A stretch of 63,073 nt of DNA, the filler included, from Reticulomyxa filosa (Eukaryota > Protista > Foraminifera), in assembly GCA_000512085.1 (NCBI GenBank). It is 16 parts of 16 records of this genome, joined end to end, with 100 filler letters (N's around TTAATTAATTAA, not from the genome) between each part and the next. Parts side by side here need not be neighbours in the genome. Positions count along the whole stretch, not along the records: positions 1 to 28,953 come from ASPP01013962.1; 15 more parts are not named here. The stretch is one strand, 5' to 3'. The position numbers were made by a program, and so were the translations under genes. The stretch's first letter is position 1. Every line of letters starts with the position of its first letter. Positions 1-11,665 of this stretch are shown in pieces. Below the pieces are notes generated by a model. The model was not told where the DNA came from and did no database searches. It worked only from the letters and a program-made list of their open reading frames with translations.

Positions 1-4
1 TTGC

Positions 5-305
5 AGTAGAGCCGATTGGGGTAAAGACACCTTGCCTCGACCATCCGATCGCCTTCACAAGCCTTGTTATCAGCGAGTGGGTTTCGGTTTTGCCCGAGGT
101 TCAGTAGAAGTTACCCAACACTCGTAGTTCTGCCAAAAACAAAAGACTGGTATTTGCCTCGAGATTACCAATTTCCCGAAAGGCGTCAAACACCCTTAAG
201 GCTAAGCTAGGATCGATACCCTCTCACACAAGTCGCCCGTCGTCGCCAGTAAAGGAGTTACCAGAAGTTTGCACCTCGGTACACTTAAAGCAACTGATGA
301 CAAGA
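5..305 (+). mobile_element. Putative 5' leader/UTR of a LINE-like retroelement (copy 1)
   Basis: Colinear with the reverse complement of 58530-58803 (shared AGTAGAGCCGATTGGGGTA...GATCGCCTTCACAAGCCTTGTTATCA.CGAGTGGGTTTCGGTTTTGCCCGAGGTTCA...AGACTGGTATTTGCCTCGAGA). That copy lies upstream of ORF1 and endonuclease remnants. Confidence 0.65.
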
Positions 306-308
306 TAT

Positions 309-450
309 TATATCACTATAAAAAAAATTTTTACTAGTTAAAAATTTTCTAGTTAGAATTTTCTTTCTTGGTCCGAACTTTCTTGGACTAGACGACTTTT
401 TAAATATTTTAATTTACTTTCAAAATATCTATCAAAACTTAAGATATGTC
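309..450 (-). repeat. Dispersed AT-rich repeat (family also at 44075-44290 and 59445-59640)
   Basis: TATATCACTAT.AAAAAA and TCCGAA.TTTCTTGG blocks match the reverse complement of about 44204-44271. Confidence 0.5.
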
Positions 451-559
451 GAAGTATCTTGACACTTCCAACTGCAATCTTTTAAAAATAAAACTTTTAA
501 GAAAAGTTAATATTAATGATGAATGTGGTAATATTAAATTTTTTTCCTTCTCTTTGGAT

Positions 560-960
560 GCTGCTTTCATCTCTTTAATTTCACGTTTCAATAATGAGAT
601 TTCATCATCTTTTCGATGTTGTCTTTGAACTGGTTGGTGTGCCACTTTGTTATTATTCTTGTTTTCCTTCTGTTTGCCTTTTTCTTTTATCTTTGACGTC
701 TCTTGATATTCTCTTTTGCCTTTATTCCATTATTGTGTCGACATTTTGATGATTCGTGATTCTTTAAACCACAATACTTTCATATTTTTCTTTTGCTTGG
801 ACATTCTTTTGCAAATGTTATTATTTTCTGACAATTTCCTCTCCTTGTTGTCGATTTGCAGTGCCGATTGTCTTTGTGGTACTCCAGTTCCGGATCGATC
901 AATGCCAATACCAAAATTGCCAAATAATTCATTCAATATATCCACTTTCATTCCACACAG
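560..960 (-). mobile_element. Decayed LINE ORF1 (gag-like, CCHC zinc knuckles)
   Basis: Minus strand reads GNCQKIITFAKECPSKRKI*KYCGLKNHESSKCR (degenerate tandem CX2CX4HX4C knuckles). Downstream DEISLLKRE recurs at about 58375-58401 (DEISSLKRE) just upstream of the endonuclease remnant. Confidence 0.65.
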
Positions 961-1419
961 CAATTACAGTAAAAGAATAGTTTTAACAAAACTATACCAA
1001 AGTATTTGATTTCCCTACAAATTTTGCATACTTGAACTTAATCGAAAGTCTAAAAACAAAAATATACAAAAACGGACTAGTCAGGTCAAAAGGCTTTGGA
1101 AATATTTGAATTAGAATGGGAAAAAATCGACAAATGAACTTAAGCTTTTGAATTAACTTGACTTGTTTCATTTGACAAAAAAGGCAAAAACAAATGATGA
1201 GTTGATACAAAGCAAATAGTGGTCAAAAACTATCATGCTTCCACAATGTACAAACTTTGAAAATAACATTAAATTCTGCAAAAAAAAAATTTTTTGATAA
1301 CGAAAAATTTAGTTTTCTCAAAAACTACTCAACTCAAAAGGCTATTTTTTTTAAGCATCGAGCAAGATTTCACAGCCATATTGTCAACTTTTTCTCGAAA
1401 ATTTTCAAAAATCAATACA

Positions 1420-1586
1420 ATATTGAAACAATTAGTAAATATTTAATAAAAAACCAAAATAATATTTAAAAACTACACTATTTGTATATATTTTTAAAAA
1501 AAAAGGTCTTAATATTGTTTTTCATGAAAAAATCATCTCTATAATGTGCCGTTTTATGTGTCAACTTTCATTTGCACTCTACTGTA
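1420..1586 (-). mobile_element. End of a Tc1/mariner-like non-autonomous element (TIR plus TA)
   Basis: Reverse complement begins TA-CAGTAGAGTGCAAATGAAAGTTGACACATAAAA. About 170 nt are homologous to 42285-42459. Confidence 0.6.
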
Positions 1587-2643
1587 GTTAAAATGTTAAT
1601 GTTAAATTGCCATTTTAGCTTATTTGATAGCAAATTCTCTCAATTTTTGTTTACTATATTGCTGTTTATTATATTTTTGTTGCTTGGAGCTTCTTTTGGC
1701 TAGCCGCTATTTTGAAATAGTTGTCATATATCTTACATTTAGTATGCGAATGTTTCAATATATGTCATGTTTACTTACAGTTTTTTGTTTGCTATCTTAT
1801 TATATTTATTTATCGTTCATATCATTAAAATTAAGTTGTATTAACTTCGTTCATGTCAATTGCAAAATAGACAAATATTGTTTTAAAATTTCTAGAAAAT
1901 GTATTATATAATATTTGTTTATATTTTATTTTTTCCAAGAAACTTGATAACTTATTTTTCTAATTTAAATTTTTTGTCTTTATTGATATTACTGCTATAA
2001 TTTATGTGTTTGCGCTTATCTATCTCACGATTTTCACGCATTTCTTCAACACATTTTCAAAAATTATCTCTTCATCATTTTTCTTGTTTTGTTGCATGCT
2101 TTATATTGCACTTGAATGTTTGAAGATTTGCTTTTTTTACACTTTTGTTATCTGTATCCTCCCTTTTCAGCATTTCTTCTTGTACAATCAATGTAAATAT
2201 CCATATCGTTGACTAAGCGTTATTTTATATAATTAATAATGCTGTTGTTTATTGAATCATGTAATACTATAACCAATACAATTTTCAATGCCACCGCTAG
2301 TGACGAATGGTTCTGGAGACATTGCATGCCGATATTTTTTGCAAGTGATTTGCAACATTTTTCCTTGTCGCAACAACTTAGATAGAGATTTTGTGTTAAT
2401 AACAAGTATGATACTGGCACCAGCAACGTTTTTTCTCAAAATACTAGAATTTTCCATTTTGAAATGTAATGTTGATAAACTAGACATTGACATGATTCTT
2501 TCTTTTGTAAGTCGACAGCCCGCTTGGTGGGAGTGGAAAAGAAAAATACAAACTAAACAGATAAACAATAAAGTAACAGACAAGGACAAAGAACTGACTT
2601 TAGCTTTGATACAATAAATGGTAAGTAATTGGTAGTACGTATA

Positions 2644-4265
2644 TCAGTATTCGCCATATAGAAAAGAAGAATTGGGATCATTCAAAAAAGAAAGAGACGT
2701 TACTTTTTTGCTCGACCCTTTTTTACTGCGCGGCCGTTTTCGGCAGCACCTCCACATGCCAAAGCAACACAACAAACTACTCAAAAGTAAAGCAACGAGG
2801 GCAATCACCAACATTCTCCAGTCACGAAGAATAATAGAATCTATTCCATCACGGCCCTTTTCGTTATTGATTGGATATGTCGTTGGTGCAGGAGTATGTA
2901 TGATTACACCGCAATCCGTACATCGATTGGACATTAAATCGCAATAAGCTAACCAATCTGTATCAATCGCCCAACTGCTGTAATCTATGCATTTAAACAG
3001 TTATTTTGTCAAAAAATGATAAATAAAAATAGCAATGTTAAATTTAAACATATGCATACTATACACTAATACATGTACAAAGACAAGCAATCAGCTCCAA
3101 CCTGCAAAACAATTGTATTGATTAATGTACACGTTCTCCGCTTGTCGTAAATAGAGTCCACTAAGATAATGGTCAGGATGAATAAAAGTATTAAAACAAG
3201 TGATGTCAGTTGAAGTGATGATATTATTGGATAAGTCGTAGTATACAAAAAAGGAAAATCATAACCAATATTGGAATCGTTGCAGCGTGAGTGGCAAGGA
3301 TATGATCCACTCAAAGAGTTGTACGATAAATTTAGATAATTTATGCATAATGCATTGGCACCGTCCCATTCAAATGCAAAGTTATTACTAGAGTTTGCCA
3401 AACTCAAATTGTAAAATGTTATACCGCTCAAAAAATCGACAAAAGAGTTCACATTGTTCTTTTTTTGTGTGTAACACAAAAAATTCTACCGTTTTTTAAC
3501 ACTTACATATATACGCATCTACAAAACTCCGACAGTCAATGTAATATGATCAAAGAAGGCCATCGGAAAATACAAATACTCATCAGTGTCCTTATTAATA
3601 TCAGTAAGGGTATAATTTAAATTGCTGAAGTCCAATATAAGATCTGGGTTATACGAAAAATCGATATCGAGTAAATGCTCAAGTTGTAGGAAATTATATG
3701 GTACGTATCCACTTAAGTAGTTATTTCGCCCATGCAGCTTTTGTAAATTGCGGAATAAACTTATATTGTTGAAATATGCCGGAATTGTGCCACTTATTTG
3801 ATTATAGCTTAAATTCAAATACTCTTTTTTAAAAAAAAATGATAATTTTAGAGGCGCTTTTTGTTTAGCAAAAAACATATATATATGATCGACATATATG
3901 TTCACATACGCAGGTCCTCAAAATATTGAAAATTATTCGGGATTGTGCCATTCAAATCGCAATGGCTAAGATCAATAGCAAAAATTTTGCCTTGAGCGTT
4001 CCATTGGCACACTAAATTTTCATAATAGAACCTGCCAGCGCAAATGGACTCTATCTCTCGACAACAGACTATTTGCCAAGGAGTGGGTGACATTGTTGAG
4101 TTTGGTATAGGACCTCTTGTTGGCGATAGTGTCGGAGAGACTGAAGGTAACGCGGTAAAATTGTCAAAGAGCCACAAATGAGATTGACATGAAGAAGGCA
4201 ACTCGAAAGCTACTGTCGATATTATTGCATTTTGAAAGAAAAAAGAAAAATTGCAACGGTAACAT
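2644..4265 (-). CDS. Membrane protein with plant-type extracellular LRRs (multi-exon; 3' end uncertain, may continue to about 2220)
   Basis: Signal-like N-terminus (homopolymer frameshift near 4240), IDLSHCDLNGTIP, LNLSYNQISGTIP and LNLSYNSLSGSYP repeats, then TM helix MLVIALVALLLSSLLCCFGMW followed by basic RKRPRSKK. Confidence 0.7.
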
Positions 4266-4566
4266 AAATTATTTGACTCATTATTGGCGTTCCTCGTTCC
4301 ACAATTTTAGACTGAACGTTCCTTCTACTCTCATCGAAAATTAATGCCGTGACAGTTTTTTAATATATTTTTCTTATAATTAGTTAGGTATCACTGAGCT
4401 CACTTTTGTTAAATTGTATTTGTGGTTTTTTTGAAGTAAATTACTTCTGGGACATAAAAAAGGAACCTAAATATTAAAAATGAGGGCTAAAGAGGAAACA
4501 ACAAGAAAGAAATCAGTCCCTCCCAACCTCTGTTACAAAAAAAACACAAGTCTTGGAAGCGGTTCA

Positions 4567-5738
4567 TCAACTGTGAGCTCGATTCAATTTTTCCACCACG
4601 TCGATGTTTTGTTCTAAAATGGCAATTCTCTTTTGCATGATAGCATTATCGTTTTGCAAAATGGTGTTATGTTGCATTAATAAACGTGTTTCTTCCTGCT
4701 CAAATTTGAATCTAGATCTTTTAAAAAAGTGCAATGAACAGAACATAGAACAAACAAATAACAAAAAGAAGTGCAAAAAAGATTAACAACGTAGACAAAA
4801 CTTCAAGAGATTATATTTCTATACATTTACACATTCATATTGTTACATTCATATGTACCACAGCAAAAAAAAAAAGGAAAGGGAAAAAAAGATTTGAACC
4901 TCTTTAAGATGAGAGTATTCATTTCGCAATTGTTTCTCAGGATTTTCAAATTGGGTTTCCTCACTACTGTTGTACTTGTCTTCGTCTTCTTTTTCTCTTT
5001 CGTTTTCCTTTTCTTTTTTTTTGTCTGCTTCTTTGATTCTCGATGATGGACAGATACCATTGTTCTTTTTGGCTATGCCCTCGTTACTCAGATTACTCTC
5101 TAATATTGGCTCGTGCAGCTTCCTCACAATAATTTTTGTACTGTCACTCACATTGGATGTATTTCCACTCTTTACCTCCACACTTTCAACATTATCTTTT
5201 CTCTTCGTATCCGGCCTCGGATCCTATTTTAATGATACCCCACATTCCCACACCCTTATCAGTTGTGATACATTGAGATTTGCCGATTATACGTATGTAT
5301 GGATGTTGTATGTGTGTTGTCACAGCGCCACAGGATTGCTTTTTAAAATAGATTCATAAGTATGATCAAAGAAGTTTACATCAATGTGAAGACTTGGTTT
5401 GTCACGGATATCATTAGGTCCAGTTTTCGCTATCCCCGTTTCTGTTGACTGTTGAAGTTCGATAATTGGAAGGTACGGGGCATAGGTTGCTGGCTTTGTT
5501 ATCCATGTTTCGTTAGGCTTTGAATTGGCTTGATTTGTTTGAAAGTGTCACGTTTTTTTTGTTTTAATTTTTTGCCCTTTAATTTTTTTTCTTTGTTGAT
5601 TACTGTCGTTGGGTGTTTGTTTTGTTTACCCTCTTTCGCAACTACTTTGTCTTCATTTTCTAAGTGCCAATATTTTGCTTTTTTTGATCTTGGTTCCATT
5701 GTGTTTTCAGGATTAATCTCTTCCAATGATCGTTTCAT
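4567..5738 (-). CDS. Hypothetical multi-exon protein with C-terminal coiled coil
   Basis: Three coding-like ORF segments (MKRSLEEINP..., DPRPDTKRK...KQLRNEYSHLKE, FKFEQEETRLL...) with plausible GT-AG introns. No family recognised. Confidence 0.4.
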
Positions 5739-6051
5739 GTTGATATTAAGTTTTTTTTGGATATCAGGAAAAGTCGTCTAACACTCACTGAACGTTGGTC
5801 AATTTCATTTTTGAAAAATGTAACAAAAAGTTCTAGCGATCCAGAGGAAGTCTATAGGATGAATGTCACCAATATAACTGATTTGAAATTTTTTAGCAGC
5901 GACATAAAAACATTGACCACTATTGTTTTCTGACAACACAAGTCTCTGTAAAAATGTTTAGATAATGAAAAGGATGCTGCCAACTGACACAGCCGATGGT
6001 ACAATAAAACTGAAAATTAATTGTTAAAATGACGGCAAAGCAATATCAATT

Positions 6052-9000
6052 TTAAACAAAGTAAAAGCACTCTTGCCTTTTGTAGTCTGTGTTATTCTCA
6101 ACAATACCACGCAGCATGTGTTGCGGCAATTTGGAATCAAACACGGGGTAAAATGCGACCAGAGCGTCTTGGTTTCCGACATACAACAAATTGTAAAGTC
6201 GCCAATAAACATTTCGCACACGCCTTGCAGGATGAAATAAACCAGATAGCATATACTGGAACAAAATTCCAGGACCCAATCCTACTCGAAGCCCGTCAAT
6301 TGCGTCAGTAAAGGTTTGAATCAAATGAGGAGTGGTATCAAAGATGTTTGGCCAAACATAATTCAGTAAATGCAACAACGCATCCTCACAGCCAGTACCA
6401 ACTACGCCCAAAGCCAAATGTTTTACTACAGCCGACGCAGTTTGTCTGTGAACAATGTCTCGGTCATTCAATGCGTCTTCAAGTAATGGCAAAACGGAGT
6501 AAACATAATCTCTAGCTGTTTCACCAATGTATTCAAACACAAATGACAATGCCTTCAGAACACCATTTTGTACATTTAATTCAGGGACACGGTATTCATT
6601 CATCAAGGCGGGTAAAGTTGTAAAAGGTCGGCAAGTCTCTGCGACAATTGCAATTGCAATAGTGGTGCACACTCGGTTTTGTCTTTCTTGTACTCGTAAG
6701 TTGTTTAACAAAATCTCCAGTACATCTTGTGGTCCAACAGCTTTGGCGATATATCCTTAAGAAAGCACACAACACAGTTATTTCGAATAATTATGTTTGA
6801 AAATAAAATCAAATTAAACAAGTCTACATACCAAATGTGTTGACAGCAGCTCGACGAATTCCTTTTTTGTGTGCTTTGAGCATATCCAAAAGCTCATAAG
6901 CAATCCTCATCCATTCTTTTGGAGACACTGCTTCGGCTCCTCTGTCTGCAATGCGTCCGACGAGATCGATGCAATTTTCTTGGACTTTTTCGTGACGGTT
7001 CTTCAGGATGGGGGTTAAACGCAACACAATATCTTTGATTGGAGGTTGCATATCTTGCATGCCAACTTCGTTGACTACAGCTTTCAAACCACCAAGCATA
7101 GAACCCAATACATCTGGATACTCTTCACCCAACAATTGAAATAGGAACTGACCCAAATGTTTTAACAATCCAACTTTTTCACATTTTCGAATGACTGGAG
7201 CAATGCGAGCAACCACATCAGCTGCTTGTTGTCTCACTCGGGCATTTGAGTGTCCCAAACGGAACTATATTGATATAATAAAATTATTTGTTAGAATATA
7301 TGTATATATTTTTTATTACAATAAAAGAAACTGTTTAATAAAAACTAACTTTAATGATACCACAAATTTGAGGAAGATATGGCCCACATCTGATTCCTAA
7401 AGCATTCATTATCGTTCCAAAGCCACTCAAAACAACATTAGCATCTTCTGCGGTTTGCTCTTCAAAGGCATACAAAATACCATCGATCATCGTTTCCTCC
7501 AACTTTTGATCAATGTCAGCAACACCCATGTCTTGGATGACTTTATCAATGGTTTCCATCACCATTTTTCGATACGTTTCATTTTCGTCCATCAAATCAT
7601 TGACAATCCTTTGAATAATCTGAGCGCCACCAACTTTTTTGGCAATCTCTTGTGTGGTTTCGACCAGCTGTCGATAATTGCGTCGATCCAAAGCCATTCT
7701 GCGATTCCAGAAATGTCTGAAAAATGGAGGCAATATCTCTGTCACGACATAGCTTGCTTCAACTCCATCCGTGCATACACACTGCTTGACCACTTTCAAC
7801 ACAATTTTCTTCATTTCCTCATCTGTTGATTCAAACTCTTCAATCAATTGAGGCATCACTTCACGTGTGTAGTAACTCGCATATTCGGCGTCCATTAGCG
7901 GAATAATGTAGCCAATTGCTTTGAAAAACGCTGCCCTTGTTTTACCATGATGACTGCTGATACCGTGCCACAATGGACGTAGAACTGTATCAAACGCCTC
8001 GTATCCATATGGCGCCGCGCTTTCCGCAAGTGCTGCCAAGGCAAGAGCACAAATGGTCCGCACTTTGGGCTGCTCATCTTCTAACCCCTGTTCAATAATT
8101 TCCACTAATTGTCGTAAATGTGGAAGCACTGCACAACCCATCAAAATGGATATCTGTTGCACAATCTTAATACCTATTTAGATTCAAAAGAACAAAAAAA
8201 ATTACTTGCATTATATCATAATACATACACATAAAATGTGCGTTAGTTGTATGTGTTTACACACCAGTATGCCTTGCTTCCCAAGATTTTCGAGACTGAC
8301 AAACAGCTTTCAGAAAAGGTATTAAGACAGGAATCCCAAGGGCAGATGCCACCACGGAAAATGCACGTGCAGTAGTGTTTCTCACGTACTCATCTTTGTT
8401 GTCGATATCTGGACGCATTGTTGCAATCATTGAAGCCAAGCCTGCTGCTTTTGACAAATTGGCAATGATTTCTCGTCCTTCCACTCGTGCGTAGTAGTCT
8501 TCGTCGATCAACAACGGTTCAATGACGACCAATATTTTGTGCACAAAGGGCCTCACTAACTCGTCAAGTTTGTATAATATACGATCGATGATTTTGACCA
8601 ACATGTGACGTTCCTGATCTTCCAACGTCGGAGACATCAGCAATGGCAATATCGTATCAAACAAAACTTTGGGTCCGAACCATCGTGCTTTGTCTGTAAT
8701 TTGACGAAGGGCACCTTTTCGCTGGGGAGGTGTGCCGTTCTTTCCAACATATACACAAATGTATTTATAACAATAGTAAAAACAAATAATGAAATTTGAC
8801 AAACAAGCAAACAGCAAATACTTACTTTGATTTTGAGCACCAATTTGAGAATCATGCGTTTTTTTATTTCTTCTGGATCTTGAACGTCCTCGTCTTTTTT
8901 GTCAATTAATTCTTGGAAAAATTGATATTCTTCCGGTTTAATGTTCGGCAATGAAGGATCGCTTGGCACCTCAAATCCTCCTGTTTCTGCTGCCACTGGA

Positions 9001-11665
9001 GTGGAGGGCATAACATACCCTGGAGTTTGTTGCAGGGAAGCAGGTGTGGCATGCAAACGAGTTCGATAAAATGTTTGTTTGGGAACATAGTTTGCCGGTG
9101 GTTGCACAATTTGATAACCAGTTACGCCCTCCAAAGCTTTTTCAATATCTTCACTTGTCCAAGGTTGATTGCGTGAGTCAATTTCTTGACGAATTTTATT
9201 CAAAATCATGACCTCTGCTCCAACATCTGCTGGAGTGGCAGGAGTAGCTAGTCCAACCACGCCTGTTGTTCCGGGTGTTGCTCCGGGGGTGACTCCAATG
9301 GCCGGGGTTTCTCCAAATTTCGAAATTGGTGTTTCTGTTGTTTTTGTTGATAAAGAAAAGCGCAATTCATTAAAACAAAATAATAGATCAATGTGTCATG
9401 AGATATCCTCTTTTCCCTGAGACATGTAATTCAACTTCCTCCTCTAATATCAGGGGTTGCTCCCCAGCGTGATTTGCTTGGCGTGACTCCGGGAGTGACA
9501 CCAAAAGGAGTTGTTGCTGCGCCATATGGAGTAGCTACAGGCGTTGTTCCAAAACGACTTGGTGTCTATTCATATTTTTTAAAAAAAGAGAAAGTTAAGT
9601 CAGGAGAAAAAAAGAGAAAGAAGAAACAAATAAAAACTAACATAGCCCAATCCTGGTGTCTTGCCTCCATGTGGGGTTTCTTCCCAACCGAGTCCGGGAG
9701 TCCTTGAGCCACGTGCTCCAGGCGTTCTTCCACCAGGTGTGGCAGCTCCTGGTGTCGCTCCTGGGGTCACTCCCCACAGGCCTGGAGTTTGTGAGGAGAG
9801 AACTGCAGGGGTAGTGATCCAATTACTTGGTGTTGCGCCTGCCTTTCCTGGTCCAGGAGTTGCGTCCCATCTTGTTGTTTTTGGTAGAGGGGTTGCGGCC
9901 CATTCCTATTATTTGAGAAAAAAAATAAACAAAGGCAGCATTGCCAACAAAAAGAAAAAAAATAAAACAAAAAAATAAAAAATAAACATAAAAATTAAAG
10001 AACATCAAACACACAAACAAACACACAAAGCAAATTTGTGTTTTTCATTAAATGTAAGTTTTCTTTGTTTTACGTGCAAAGTTGAGTGTGACTAATTCTA
10101 GGCGCAATATCGACAACCTAAGATTTCTTTCCCGATACAAAAACACACCACAGTCAGCACAACTGTGCCTCCCTTTCTCTTGGGAGGGCTCAAGCAAAAA
10201 AAAAAAAAAAAGATAAATATTTTTACGTTCAAACGAGCATGATCTGCACAACGTATTTTCCCAGATTATTCCACTAGGAAGTTTACAAATCTATTGGCAA
10301 AGCAGAATAATTGGAAAAAATGATTCTGCTGGCAAGAGAGAGAGAAGAGAAAAAATAACAAAAAATGGTTCAAATATGTTGGGTTTTGTCTCTCTTGCCA
10401 CATTAAGCCTGGGTTTGATCCTCAGACGATGCCAAGTGTTGACGTTGAACTTTTTTTTTTATTATTATTTTTATGTTTGACAAAGCAAAAATTGGGTCAC
10501 GAAAAGGAAAAAACTTTGAAAACTATTTATTTTTGGTGCTGGCTCACTTTGAAAAAGGGGAAGCGAGAAAAAAATTTTGGACAAAAAAAGAGTAACTTTA
10601 AAAAAAAAACAAACAGACCTGAGCAGTAAGTTTATCTGCCTTTGGACCATCCTGACTTTCATCGGATTCTGATTTTGTTGAAATTGTCTTGCCCTTCTGT
10701 AAAGATATAAGCACAAAACATGTTTATATCAGTGATGAAGCTGTAGTCGCGGGATAAAAGATCAAACGTACAATACAGGCATGCAATACACAATATACAA
10801 ATATACACATCATAGATATGTATAAATATCCAACAAGCATACCTCCACATCATTTAACATTTGTTTGACTTCTGCTTTTTGCTCTTCCAATTTGCGTTCA
10901 AACATGATATCTTTATAAGAACGGCCAGTTGCGCCATCGCTTTTCAATCTTTCTTGTGTGGATTTTAACGCCTCTTCGCGCAGTTTTTTAGAGTATTCGT
11001 CGGTTTTGGATTGATTGGAGTCATTGGCTTGCACATTGTGTTGCAATGCTGGCGTTGCAAATGGATCTGCACGAGCTGGGGTGTACGCACGATCCAAGTA
11101 GCGTTGTTGATACTCGTTCAGTCGAGATATTATTTGTTTCGATTTTTGGTTTCCTGTAAGGTCGTCTTCTTCTTGGTTATTTGGACCATTTCTATCTTCG
11201 GCTGCGTCTTTCAAAAAAAATGCATGTCCTTCGATTGGCGGCTTTTTACTTTCCAACAAAGTTCAATTTACATACACAAACACCCCCTCCCTCGTCTTAA
11301 AATTTGTTTTTTTAGTTTTTTGAAAACACACCGGAAATTCGCGCCTTTTTTTTGTCCTAATGCAAACAAATCGCAAATATTCCTACCTCAGCATTTGTCG
11401 CTCATTTTCACCCATTTCCTCATCCTCATCAGCTGTGGGGTCAATTGATGTATCGTAGTATTGCTTGGTAGCTCGGGCTGTGTCAAATATCATTGTATCC
11501 ATTTGAGGTTCTACACCCATACGAATACCTTGCTTGCTTCTGTCATTTGCTGATCATCAAACATCACACAACACTTTGTAAAGGTTTTGGACAAAATGCA
11601 AATTTATCTCAAAATAGACGTTACGCACTCATTGAGACATCTCCATCATTATCCTTTTCTGGCAT
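6052..11665 (-). CDS. SF3B1: Splicing factor 3B subunit 1 (SF3b155/Hsh155), about 11 exons
   Basis: Near-invariant HEAT motifs ([56 protein letters not shown]) and a TP-rich N-terminus with [17 protein letters not shown]-like motifs. Introns inferred at 6756-6831, 7265-7349, 8174-8264, 8740-8825, 9335-9435, 9566-9641, 9906-10618, 10697-10842, 11249-11386 and one near 11540-11625. Confidence 0.97.

Noticed and set aside
294-330. CTGATGA hammerhead-like core after the LINE leader
   Set aside because: No stem II followed by GAAA, and the second copy reads CCGACGA at this position.
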